A stretch of 64,000 nt of DNA, from the NCBI GenBank assembly GCA_024542975.1, contig JAMXCZ010000001.1, positions 24,141-88,140 on the forward strand, written 5' to 3'. A program made the position numbers and the translations under genes. Positions within the stretch are counted from its first letter, which is position 1. Every line of letters begins with the position of its first letter. Shown here in pieces: positions 41,206 through 50,235 of this stretch. Source of the DNA: Candidatus Omnitrophota bacterium. Its GTDB lineage: Bacteria; Omnitrophota; Gorgyraeia; JABMRN01; RBG-13-46-9. The notes under the pieces were generated by a model. That model was not told where the DNA came from and ran no database searches. It saw nothing but the letters and a program-made list of their open reading frames with translations.

Positions 41206-42969
41206 CTAAAAGAGGCCTGTTATCTTTCCTTCTTCGTCAATATCAATTTTTGTCCCACGTGGGGTTTTGGGCAGGCCCGGTAAGATTTTTACATTACTTG
41301 AATAAGCCGTTATGTAGCCTGCGCCGCGCGAGATGTCAAGATCGTCCACCGGGAATTTAAAACCGTGCGGCCTCCCCTTCCTCTTCGGGTTATGCGACAG
41401 GGAAAGTTGGGTTTTTACCATGCATATCGGAAGGTTATCCAGCTTTAATTTTTTAAACATCATTGACTTTCTGTTCATCTCATCGGAAAACGTCACTTCC
41501 TTTGCGCCATAGATCGATTTTGCGATCCGCCTTACCTTGTCTTTTATGGGTATATCAAGCGGATAAAGAAAGCGGAAGGACGATTTTTTCTTACAGGCTT
41601 CCATTACGGCGAGAGCTAACGCCTGCGCCCCTTCCCCGCCTCTTGACCACGCCTCGCTTACCGCTACGCTGTCTATGTCCAGAGTTTCAACCCTGCGCTT
41701 TATGGCTGCAATCTCTTTCTCGGTATCCTCCTTGAAACGGTTTATGCATAACACGACCGGCACCATAAAAACACGTAAATTTTCGATCTGTTTTTCCAAA
41801 TTCGAAAAGCCTCTTTCTACGGCGGAAACATTCTCGCGGAAAATTTCCCGGGGTAGCGGCTTTCCGGCTGTAAGCTCAAAATCTCCACTGTGCATCTTAA
41901 GAGCGCGCACGGAAACTACGATTACCGCAGCATCCGGCTTTATGCCGCTTGCTCTGCACTTGATATTAAAAAATTTTTCGGCACCTATATCGGCCCCGTA
42001 TCCTGTCTCCGATATGGCATAATCAGAAAGCCCGAGCGCAATGCGGTCAGCGATAACCGAGCTTGTGCCGAGCGCTATATTCCCAAACGAACCCGCATGC
42101 ATGAAACAGGGGGTGCCTTCGCTTGTCTGGAGTATATTTGGCTTGATCGCGTCTTTGAGAAGTGCCGCCATGCCGCCGGCTATCTTGATCGACTCACTGG
42201 TAATCGGCTTTCCTTTTTTTGTGAAACCGAGGATCATCTCACCTATGCGCCTCCTCATATCCTTAAAACTTTCACTAAGGCCGAGAATAGCCATAAGCTC
42301 TCCTGCCGCCGCCTGTTCGAAACCGGTTTTTCGCGGATTTCCATCCGTCTTGCTACCGAGCCCTATCGATACTGTCCTCAAAAAACGATCGTTTATGTCC
42401 GTAGCCCTCTTGCACAAAATCGAATTGGCGTCTATGTCCAGAGGGTTCCCCTCGAATATCGAGCTATCGAGAAAAGCAGCGCACAGATTCTGCGCTGTGA
42501 GAACCGCGTGGTTATCTCCCGTAAGATGCAAGTTCGCGTCCTCCCTCGGAAAGACCTGCGCGCGCCCACCGCCTGTCCCGGGCCCCCTCATTCCAAAAAC
42601 CCCTCCCAGGGATGGCTGCACAATACAAGCAATAGCCCTTTTCTTAAGCCGCGTTAAGGCCATGGAAAGCCCTATCGCCGTTACGGTTTTTCCTTCCCCG
42701 TAAGGCGTGGGCGTAACCGAGGTTACAAGAATATACTTCCCTTTCTTTTTTGCCTTCAAAGACTTAAGTAGCTCAAGCGACAATTTAGCCTTATAAAGCC
42801 CGTATGGTTCCAGAAACTTCTTTCTTATGCCGACAGAACGCGCAACTTCCGCTATCGGCTTAAGGACTATCTTAGGCATCCGCACCTTTTTTATAACTAC
42901 CGGTACGGGTCTCTTAAGAGGTAATCTGCGCGCTTTTATCTTCTTTTTGAATAAAGATCGCTTTTTCAT
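41206..42969 (-). CDS. fhs: Formate-tetrahydrofolate ligase-like protein (divergent)
   Basis: TPTPYGEGKT, NLHLTGD, AIKPN, GADIGAEKFFNIKCR, RALKMH, PGLP. Confidence 0.85.
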   Translation of the reverse strand: MKKRSLFKKKIKARRLPLKRPVPVVIKKVRMPKIVLKPIAEVARSVGIRKKFLEPYGLYKAKLSLELLKSLKAKKKGKYILVTSVTPTPYGEGKTVTAIGLSMALTRLKKRAIACIVQPSLGGVFGMRGPGTGGGRAQVFPREDANLHLTGDNHAVLTAQNLCAAFLDSSIFEGNPLDIDANSILCKRATDINDRFLRTVSIGLGSKTDGNPRKTGFEQAAAGELMAILGLSESFKDMRRRIGEMILGFTKKGKPITSESIKIAGGMAALLKDAIKPNILQTSEGTPCFMHAGSFGNIALGTSSVIADRIALGLSDYAISETGYGADIGAEKFFNIKCRASGIKPDAAVIVVSVRALKMHSGDFELTAGKPLPREIFRENVSAVERGFSNLEKQIENLRVFMVPVVLCINRFKEDTEKEIAAIKRRVETLDIDSVAVSEAWSRGGEGAQALALAVMEACKKKSSFRFLYPLDIPIKDKVRRIAKSIYGAKEVTFSDEMNRKSMMFKKLKLDNLPICMVKTQLSLSHNPKRKGRPHGFKFPVDDLDISRGAGYITAYSSNVKILPGLPKTPRGTKIDIDEEGKITGLF

Positions 42970-42997
42970 TCGGCCTCACTTTCATGTATAGCCTATG

Positions 42998-43026
42998 ATT
43001 ATAGTAAATATATCTGCCCTTGTCAA
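42998..43026 (-). promoter_or_regulatory. Perfect-consensus sigma70 promoter of fhs-apbE
   Basis: TTGACA-17 nt-TATAAT. Confidence 0.85.
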
Positions 43027-43034
43027 TAGAATAC

Positions 43035-43102
43035 GGGGACGTTTCATACAGATTGACGGAAAAATCTAAGATTTTTCCGTCTTTAATAAATGAAACGTCC
43101 CC
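43035..43102. repeat. Nested palindrome overlapping the rnhB 3' end
   Basis: GGGGACGTTTCAT / ATGAAACGTCCCC 13-bp inverted repeat enclosing GACGGAAAAATCT-A-AGATTTTTCCGTC. Confidence 0.8.
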
Positions 43103-43695
43103 TCCGAGTAGAACTTCACCGGGCGGAAGGATCTGCGGTGGATTGGGCAGGGCCCGTATTCGTCTATCCGCGCCATGTGCTCTTTTGTGCCATAGCCCTT
43201 GTGTTTTGCAAAGTTATACCGTGGAAATTTTTTGTGCAGGCGCTCCATCATCCTATCTCTTGTTACTTTCGCGACTATTGACGCGCATGCTATCGAAAGG
43301 CTTTTTGAGTCGCCTCTTATTATATGTGAACACCTGAAACGTGTTGTGAATTTTATTTTCCCGTCTACAAGCAAAAAGTCGGGCTTTATGGCGAGATTAC
43401 CTACCGCCTCCTGCATAGCGCGCTTTGTGGCGTTATAGATGTTGATCTCATCTATTGTGCGCTCGCTTATTGTCCCGATTCCAAAATGCGCTTTTCTTAT
43501 GATTTCCCTATATGCGAGAAGGCGTGCTCGGGGGGTGAGTTTTTTGGAGTCGTCTATCCTGTTTTTGAAGCGCGTATCACGCAGAACGAGCGCGCAGGCT
43601 ACGACCGGACCCGCAAGAGGGCCGCGGCCGGCTTCGTCAACACCCGCGATATGTCTGTAACCTACCCTACGAGCCTTCCGCTCGTGGAGCAGCAT
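43066..43695 (-). CDS. rnhB: Ribonuclease HII
   Basis: [35 protein letters not shown]. Confidence 0.96.
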   Translation of the reverse strand: MLLHERKARRVGYRHIAGVDEAGRGPLAGPVVACALVLRDTRFKNRIDDSKKLTPRARLLAYREIIRKAHFGIGTISERTIDEINIYNATKRAMQEAVGNLAIKPDFLLVDGKIKFTTRFRCSHIIRGDSKSLSIACASIVAKVTRDRMMERLHKKFPRYNFAKHKGYGTKEHMARIDEYGPCPIHRRSFRPVKFYSEGTFHLLKTEKS

Positions 43696-44062
43696 CCGGG
43701 CCGGATGAGGCCGTCTTGCTTTCGATTTTTTCCTCAACCTTCGATTTCTTACCTTTCTTTTCCCTAAGGTAATACAATTTGGCTCTTCGGACCTTACCCT
43801 TTTTCTTTACTACCACTTTTTCCACAAAAGGCGAGTGCAAAAGGAACGTCCTTTCGACGCCCTCCCCGTATGAGATCCTCCGGACCGTAAATGTAGAGCG
43901 AACACCGGAACCCTTCTTTCTTATGGCCACCCCTTCAAAAACCTGCGTCCTCGACTTCTCTCCCTCTTTTATCTTAACATGCACGAGGACCGTATCGCCG
44001 ATTTTAAATTCCGGAATTTCCTTCTTTAGATATTTTTCCTCAAAACGTTTTACCTTTTCCAT
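43667..44062 (-). CDS. rplS: 50S ribosomal protein bL19
   Basis: [26 protein letters not shown]. Confidence 0.97.
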   Translation of the reverse strand: MEKVKRFEEKYLKKEIPEFKIGDTVLVHVKIKEGEKSRTQVFEGVAIRKKGSGVRSTFTVRRISYGEGVERTFLLHSPFVEKVVVKKKGKVRRAKLYYLREKKGKKSKVEEKIESKTASSGPDAAPRAEGS

Positions 44063-44082
44063 CGGTAAATCTCCTCTCTATT

Positions 44083-44805
44083 TCATTTTATCGAGTTATC
44101 AAACATTAAGTCGCGCCGTTTTTCTTTAGTCTTTTTCACGGCTTCTTTTTGGCGCCACGAGGCTATCTTCTTGTGGTTGCCGCTCAGTAAGACATCCGGA
44201 ACCCTGAGCCCCAGGAATGCACGAGGCCTTGTATAGTGGGGATATTCAAGCAAATTCTTTTCGAAAGACTCGCAATGCAATGAGCCCTCGTCCCCCAAAA
44301 CACCGGGGATCAATCTTACCACCGCGTCCAATACCGCCATTGCCGGTATCTCGCCCCCGGTCAGGATGTAATCACCTATCGAAACTTCATCGGTAATAAA
44401 TTCCCGCACCCTTTCGTCTATCCCCTCGTAATGGCCGCATATAAGTACAAGATGTCGTAGTTTCGAAAATCTCTTCGCGTTCCTCTGGTTGAAAGTATCG
44501 CCCTTTGGCGTGAGAAGAACCACGCGCGTACCTTTTGCGGCGCGCTTTTTGCTTCGGATATTTTTGAACTCGTTTTTGCCTAAAAGGCTTACGAGCGCTT
44601 TCTGTATGGGCTCGACAAGCATGACCATGCCGGAACCACCGCCGTAGGGCCTGTCATCCGCGGACCTATGCCTGTCGCTCGTCCATTGTCTTAAATTGTG
44701 AACCCCGATCTTTAGCTTGCTTTTCTTCTGCGCAATTTTGAGCATGGACTCGCCTAGTATATTCTCGAACATTTTTGGGAACAATGTCAGTATATCTACT
44801 TTCAT
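44083..44805 (-). CDS. trmD: tRNA m1G37 methyltransferase
   Basis: [36 protein letters not shown]. Confidence 0.98.
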   Translation of the reverse strand: MKVDILTLFPKMFENILGESMLKIAQKKSKLKIGVHNLRQWTSDRHRSADDRPYGGGSGMVMLVEPIQKALVSLLGKNEFKNIRSKKRAAKGTRVVLLTPKGDTFNQRNAKRFSKLRHLVLICGHYEGIDERVREFITDEVSIGDYILTGGEIPAMAVLDAVVRLIPGVLGDEGSLHCESFEKNLLEYPHYTRPRAFLGLRVPDVLLSGNHKKIASWRQKEAVKKTKEKRRDLMFDNSIK

Positions 44806-44842
44806 GCCTTATATTTGGTGTTGATTCAAAGTCCGTCTGCTG

Positions 44843-45085
44843 TTAACGTATTCCCTGCTTCTTCATGAGGCTTTTTACCGTAACGGACGGCTTCGCCCCG
44901 TTTTTGAGCCAGTAAAGCGCCCTCTCTTTATCGATTTTTATGTCTGCCGGGTTTTTTTTCGGGTCGTAATAACCTATCTCTTCCAAAAACCGGCCGTCCC
45001 TCGGATTTGTGTGCTCCGTTGCAACGATGCGGTAGAAGGGTTTTTTGTTTGTTCCCATTCTTTTCAGCCTCAGCACTACTGCCAT
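44843..45085 (-). CDS. rpsP: 30S ribosomal protein bS16
   Basis: RLKRMG...PFYRIV...RDG...GYYDP. Confidence 0.97.
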   Translation of the reverse strand: MAVVLRLKRMGTNKKPFYRIVATEHTNPRDGRFLEEIGYYDPKKNPADIKIDKERALYWLKNGAKPSVTVKSLMKKQGIR

Positions 45086-45098
45086 TTCATTTCCTCCT

Positions 45099-46367
45099 TT
45101 AGTCCTCTTTTTCTCTCCATACTTTTGCGCCTAACAGCGAAAGTTTTTTATCAATATTTTCATAGCCGCGGTCCAGGTGGTATATTCTGTGAATATTTGT
45201 TTTTCCTTTTGCTACAAGCCCCGCCAGCACCAAAGCGGCCGATGCCCTCAAATCCGAAGCCATAACATCTGCGCCGCTTAAGGTTTTTACACCGCGTATT
45301 ATGGCGTTTGGCCCTTCAAGCAAAATGCGGCTTCCCATCCTGCTAAGCTCGCTTACGTGTATGAACCTTTCGGGATAGATCTTTTCCGTTATCACACTGA
45401 TCCCGCGAGCGAGGCAGAGAACGCTCATCATCTGCGCCTGCATGTCCGTCGGGAAACCCGGATAAGGCAACGTCGCCAAAGCCGTCGGGCGTATCTTGCG
45501 CATCGTGGGCCTCGACACGATTATGCCGTCTGCGCGTTCTGCGACATTTATTCCGCATTCCCGCAGTTTGTCGATCACGGCCAAAAGGTGCGCGGGATTT
45601 GCGCCCTTGACGAGGACCTCACCACCTGTTATGGCGGCAGCCAGCATATATGTCCCGGCCTCTATGCGGTCAGGCACGACACTGTAGTTTACGCCACACA
45701 GCTTTTTTACGCCCTCTATTTTGATTGTGGGCGTAGAGTGTCCCGTGATCTTTGCGCCCATCGCAATCAAAAAATTCGCCAGGTCAACGACCTCAGGCTC
45801 GCACGCGGCGTTTTCAATGACTGTTACGCCTTCTGCAAGCGTCGCCGCTGTCATCGTATTTGCGGTAGCCAAAACGCTTGAGCCGAAATGTCCACCCAGG
45901 TAGATCTTGGCCCCTCTTAATTTTTTTGCCTTTGCAACGATATACCCGGATTTTATCTCGATCTTCGCCCCCAATTTTTCCAATCCCTTGAGGTGCAAAT
46001 CGATAGGGCGCGGCCCGATCACACATCCTCCGGGAAATGAAACCTCTGCATACTTGGCCCGGGCAAGCATCGGGCCTAACACACAAACCGATGCCCTCAT
46101 CGTACTTACAAGGTTGTACGGCGCGCGCGTTTTTTTGAAAGAGCCTGATATGGCGATGCTTCCCTTTTTACGCGCGACACCCGTCTCCAGGGCGCGCAAT
46201 ATCTTAATCATAGTATCGACATCCGTAAGAGACGGTACATTGTGCAAAACGCATCTCTCGTCCGTTAAGAGGGATGCCGCCATTATCGGCAGCGCCGCAT
46301 TTTTTGCGCCGCTTATTGTGACCTCGCCTCTAAGAGGATTCCCACCCTCTATGACCAGCTTATCCAT
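45099..46367 (-). CDS. murA: UDP-GlcNAc enolpyruvyl transferase
   Basis: [18 protein letters not shown] (catalytic Cys), [17 protein letters not shown]. Confidence 0.97.
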   Translation of the reverse strand: MDKLVIEGGNPLRGEVTISGAKNAALPIMAASLLTDERCVLHNVPSLTDVDTMIKILRALETGVARKKGSIAISGSFKKTRAPYNLVSTMRASVCVLGPMLARAKYAEVSFPGGCVIGPRPIDLHLKGLEKLGAKIEIKSGYIVAKAKKLRGAKIYLGGHFGSSVLATANTMTAATLAEGVTVIENAACEPEVVDLANFLIAMGAKITGHSTPTIKIEGVKKLCGVNYSVVPDRIEAGTYMLAAAITGGEVLVKGANPAHLLAVIDKLRECGINVAERADGIIVSRPTMRKIRPTALATLPYPGFPTDMQAQMMSVLCLARGISVITEKIYPERFIHVSELSRMGSRILLEGPNAIIRGVKTLSGADVMASDLRASAALVLAGLVAKGKTNIHRIYHLDRGYENIDKKLSLLGAKVWREKED

Positions 46368-47013
46368 TTTTCCTCCCCTTCACGATCCTGTCTATTCCGG
46401 AATAGTCTTTGTAAATTTCGGCGTCCCCGAAAACACCTGAAGTCTCGAGCATTGCCTTTACGCATGACGCCTGATCATACCCCACTTCTGTGAGAAGAAC
46501 CGCCCCTCTCTTCATAAAAAAGTGCGCCTCGTTTACTATTCTCCGGTAGAAATCCATTCCATCTCTGCCGCCGTATAGCGCAACATACGGGTCTTCCTTT
46601 ACTGCTTCCGGAAGCGACGTGAAATCCGCAAGCGATATATACGGCGGATTCGAAATCACCAGGTCAAAGCTGAGCTCGGATCTCTGCCATAAATTTTCAA
46701 AAAGATCGCTTTTTACAAATTCGATCCTCTGTTCCATGCCATATCTGACCGCATTTTTTTTTGCAACCGAAAGAGCCATCTCTGAGATATCCAGAGCCAC
46801 TATTCTACTCGAGGGAATATAGTTTGTCAAACTTATTGCGATATTTCCGCACCCGGTGCCTATATCCAGTATTTCGCACCTCTCACCTTCCGGGATTTCC
46901 TTTGAAATAATAGATACCGCCTTTTCCACCAAAACCTCTGTTTCAAAACGCGGAAAAAGCGTCGTGTTTCCGGTTTCAAACTCAAAATCCATGAAATGAG
47001 CTACCTTTGCCAT
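46360..47013 (-). CDS. prmC: Release factor glutamine methyltransferase lacking the N-terminal domain
   Basis: PRFETE, DIGTGCG, SNPPY, ALYGG.DG; follows prfA. Confidence 0.88.
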   Translation of the reverse strand: MAKVAHFMDFEFETGNTTLFPRFETEVLVEKAVSIISKEIPEGERCEILDIGTGCGNIAISLTNYIPSSRIVALDISEMALSVAKKNAVRYGMEQRIEFVKSDLFENLWQRSELSFDLVISNPPYISLADFTSLPEAVKEDPYVALYGGRDGMDFYRRIVNEAHFFMKRGAVLLTEVGYDQASCVKAMLETSGVFGDAEIYKDYSGIDRIVKGRKNG

Positions 47014-47046
47014 AGTATTTTCGGTTGTTAATCAGTTAATTCCGAC

Positions 47047-48111
47047 TTAGCTTTTTAGCTTCGAGCGCCTGTCGGCGTCCTTAAGCGCTTCCGCGATCTC
47101 ATCCATATCACCGTTTAAAACGCCTTCAAGATTATGTATCGTAAAACCTATCCTGTGATCCGTAACCCGATTGGCCGGAAAATTATACGTTCGTATTTTC
47201 TCGGACCTGTCGCCTGTTCCGACCTGTATCTTCCTGTTCTCGGATCTTTTTTTTCGGTGATCCTCTTCCATTTTGTCCAGGAGCCTGGCCCTCAAAACAC
47301 GCATAGCCTTTGTCTTATTCTTATGCTGCGAACGTTCGTCCTGGCAACTCACTACGAGCCCTGTCGGTAAATGAGTAATCCTTACTGCGGAGTCAGTAAC
47401 GTTTACGTGCTGCCCCCCCCTCCCGCCTGCCCTAAAAACATCGATTTTCAGGTCCTGTGGATTTATCTCGAGGTCTACGCTCTCGGCCTCGGGCAAAACT
47501 GCGACCGTCGCCGCCGAGGTGTGTATCCTGCCGCTCGCTTCGGTAAGGGGCACGCGCTGGACGCGGTGAGTACCGCTTTCGTATTTTAGCACCGCATATA
47601 CGCTTTCACCCGACACCGAAAAAATAATTTCTTTAAACCCGCCCTTCTCTGTCGTGCTTCTCGACATTATTTCAATCTTCCAGTTTTTCTTTACCGCATA
47701 TTTGGAATACATGCGGAAAAGGTCTTGCGCGAAAAGCGCCGCCTCGACGCCGCCGGTGCCCTGGCGTATTTCCATTATGATATCCTTGTCGGCGTGCTTG
47801 TCTTTTTCTTCCAAAAGCGCCTCAAGTTCGTTAATAAGGGCGCCTTTCTTTTCATTGAGGAGATGTAATTCCTCGCGCGCCAGTTTCAGGAACTCCTCTT
47901 CGTGATCTTTTTCTTTCGCTACGCTTTCGAGGGATGAGATCTCGCAGACAAGATGCCGGTATTCCTCATATTTTGAAACGGCCTTCTGGAGAGAGGCGAG
48001 CTCCTTGGCGTATTTTTTGTACTCCCCGCGATTTGCAATAACCTTCGGATCTGCGCAGAGCGCCTGAAGCGCCTGAAATCTTTTTAGTTTCTCTTCTAAT
48101 TGCTCAAGCAT
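47047..48111 (-). CDS. prfA: Peptide chain release factor 1
   Basis: RVPLTE (PxT motif), GGQ, RTYNFP. Confidence 0.97.
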   Translation of the reverse strand: MLEQLEEKLKRFQALQALCADPKVIANRGEYKKYAKELASLQKAVSKYEEYRHLVCEISSLESVAKEKDHEEEFLKLAREELHLLNEKKGALINELEALLEEKDKHADKDIIMEIRQGTGGVEAALFAQDLFRMYSKYAVKKNWKIEIMSRSTTEKGGFKEIIFSVSGESVYAVLKYESGTHRVQRVPLTEASGRIHTSAATVAVLPEAESVDLEINPQDLKIDVFRAGGRGGQHVNVTDSAVRITHLPTGLVVSCQDERSQHKNKTKAMRVLRARLLDKMEEDHRKKRSENRKIQVGTGDRSEKIRTYNFPANRVTDHRIGFTIHNLEGVLNGDMDEIAEALKDADRRSKLKS

Positions 48112-48379
48112 TTTTGTTCATTTTATCCGTATCCGTATTTTCTTCCGGTTTTACCGCTGTCTTTTTTGGCTTAGGTTTTTGCCTCTTCTCGTATCTCTTC
48201 ATGAATTTGTCCACCCTTCCAGCCGAATCAACAAGTTTTTGCTTGCCGGTGAAAAAGGGATGACACTGCGAACATATCTCAACGTGTATGTTCTGTTTGG
48301 TGCTCCGCGTATTTATCACCGCTCCGCAGGCGCAGACTATCGTAGAGTCCTTATATTCCGGATGTATCTTATCCTTCAT
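48104..48379 (-). CDS. rpmE: 50S ribosomal protein bL31, Zn-binding type, with C-terminal tail
   Basis: [25 protein letters not shown]. Confidence 0.97.
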   Translation of the reverse strand: MKDKIHPEYKDSTIVCACGAVINTRSTKQNIHVEICSQCHPFFTGKQKLVDSAGRVDKFMKRYEKRQKPKPKKTAVKPEENTDTDKMNKNA

Positions 48380-48391
48380 CGCTTCCTCCTA

Positions 48392-49678
48392 TTATTGCTG
48401 GTTTAGTGCCTTCAAAAAATCTTTGTTTGACTTTGTCTTTTTTAGTTTTCCGATCAAAAGCTCCATCGCTTCTACGGAATTCAGGTCGCTCAGGGCTTTT
48501 CTCATAAGCCATATCTTCTGCAATTCATCGTTTCCTACAAGCAGCTCTTCTTTGCGCGTATTGGACTTTTTAATATCGATCGCAGGGTAGACCCTTCGTT
48601 GGAAAAGAGTCCGGTCAAGCTGAAGTTCCATGTTGCCTGTCCCTTTAAATTCCTCGAATATGACTTCATCCATCCGAGAGCCGGTATCTACCAGAGCCGT
48701 AGCCATTATCGTAAGAGATCCACCCTCCTCGATATTACGCGCAGCTCCGAAAAACCTTTTTGGCTTGTGAAGAGCATTCGAATCCACGCCTCCGGAAAGG
48801 ATCTTGCCGGAATGCGGCATAACCGCATTATAGGCGCGCGCGAGGCGCGTTATGGAGTCTAAGAGGATCACAACATCCCTTTTGTGCTCCACCAGCTTTT
48901 TCGCCTTCTCCAGAACCATCTCCGCTACCTGTATGTGCCGCTCCCCGGGCTCATCGAAAGTGGAACTTACAACCTCGCCTTTTACGGACCTGATCATGTC
49001 GGTAACTTCTTCGGGGCGCTCGTCTATCAACAGTACCATCAGAACCGCATCCGGGTAGTTTGTAGTAATGCTGTTTGCGATTTTCTGCAAGAGTACCGTT
49101 TTCCCACTATAGGGCGAGGCTACGATCATCCCGCGCTGCCCTTTTCCTATCGGCGTAAGGAGGTCCATGACTCTCATCGAGACCTCATCCGGTTTTGTCT
49201 CAAGAACAAATCGTTCGTTGGGATAAAGCGGGGTGAGGTTATCAAAAAGTATTTTGTCCTTCCCGCCCTCCGGATTTTCGAAATTTACCGCTTCAACTTT
49301 CAGTAGGGCAAAATATCTTTCCCCTTCTTTCGGAGGCCTAATCTGACCGCTTACGGTATCCCCTGTCTTTAGGTCGAATTTTCTAATTTGAGATGGTGAG
49401 ACGTAGATATCGTCAGGGCACGGCAGGTAATTATAATCCGGGCTTCTGAGAAATCCAAAACCGTCCTGGAGGATTTCCAGCACGCCTTCCCCAAAAATAA
49501 GTCCTTCTTTTTCGGTTTTCGCCTGTAGGACCTTAAATATAAGATCCTGTTTCCTGAGGCCGGCTATACTGTTAATCTTCATGCCTTTGGCGACTTTATT
49601 TAACGCAGTCATGCTCATCTCTTTCAGGCTCTCAATGTTAATATTATCCACTGCTACCTCCTTGTTATTTCTTGCCAT
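48392..49678 (-). CDS. rho: Transcription termination factor Rho
   Basis: [40 protein letters not shown]. Confidence 0.98.
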   Translation of the reverse strand: MARNNKEVAVDNINIESLKEMSMTALNKVAKGMKINSIAGLRKQDLIFKVLQAKTEKEGLIFGEGVLEILQDGFGFLRSPDYNYLPCPDDIYVSPSQIRKFDLKTGDTVSGQIRPPKEGERYFALLKVEAVNFENPEGGKDKILFDNLTPLYPNERFVLETKPDEVSMRVMDLLTPIGKGQRGMIVASPYSGKTVLLQKIANSITTNYPDAVLMVLLIDERPEEVTDMIRSVKGEVVSSTFDEPGERHIQVAEMVLEKAKKLVEHKRDVVILLDSITRLARAYNAVMPHSGKILSGGVDSNALHKPKRFFGAARNIEEGGSLTIMATALVDTGSRMDEVIFEEFKGTGNMELQLDRTLFQRRVYPAIDIKKSNTRKEELLVGNDELQKIWLMRKALSDLNSVEAMELLIGKLKKTKSNKDFLKALNQQ

Positions 49679-50235
49679 ATTTTAACCACGGCCTTACGCG
49701 TGTTTTCTCTCGACTTATCGTTATTGATCACAAAATCGGCGTATTTTACTTTTTCCCGAAGCGGCATTTGCGCGGCCTGCCTTTTAATGGCCTCGCGTGG
49801 GGTAAGCCCCCGGGCCATCCCCCGCCGGATCCATTTTTGCCGCTTCGCGCGGACTACTACGACTGCGTCGACCGCCCTATGCAGGCCCACTTCTATGAGA
49901 AGCGGCGCATCTATGACAGTAACGGCTCTTTTGGATTTTCCGGATTCATCTTTTATTTTTTTTATTACCTTTGGATGGATTATGCGGCACAATTTCTGAA
50001 GTGCCCTTTTATTTGCAAATACGGCTCCCGCCAGTTTTTTCCTGCTTATTACCCCTTGCGTAAAAACTTTTTTCCCGAAATTATTACGAATAGCTTTTTT
50101 GATTTCCGCGTCCTTTTTATATAAGTCGCGCACAAGCTTGTCAGCGTCAATAACACGGGCACCCAAATCTTTGAAAAAGGACGCAACGGTTGATTTACCC
50201 GCACAAAGGCCGCCCGTTATGCCGATCCGTTTCAT
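49654..50235 (-). CDS. coaE: Dephospho-CoA kinase
   Basis: [26 protein letters not shown]. Confidence 0.94.
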   Translation of the reverse strand: MKRIGITGGLCAGKSTVASFFKDLGARVIDADKLVRDLYKKDAEIKKAIRNNFGKKVFTQGVISRKKLAGAVFANKRALQKLCRIIHPKVIKKIKDESGKSKRAVTVIDAPLLIEVGLHRAVDAVVVVRAKRQKWIRRGMARGLTPREAIKRQAAQMPLREKVKYADFVINNDKSRENTRKAVVKIWQEITRR

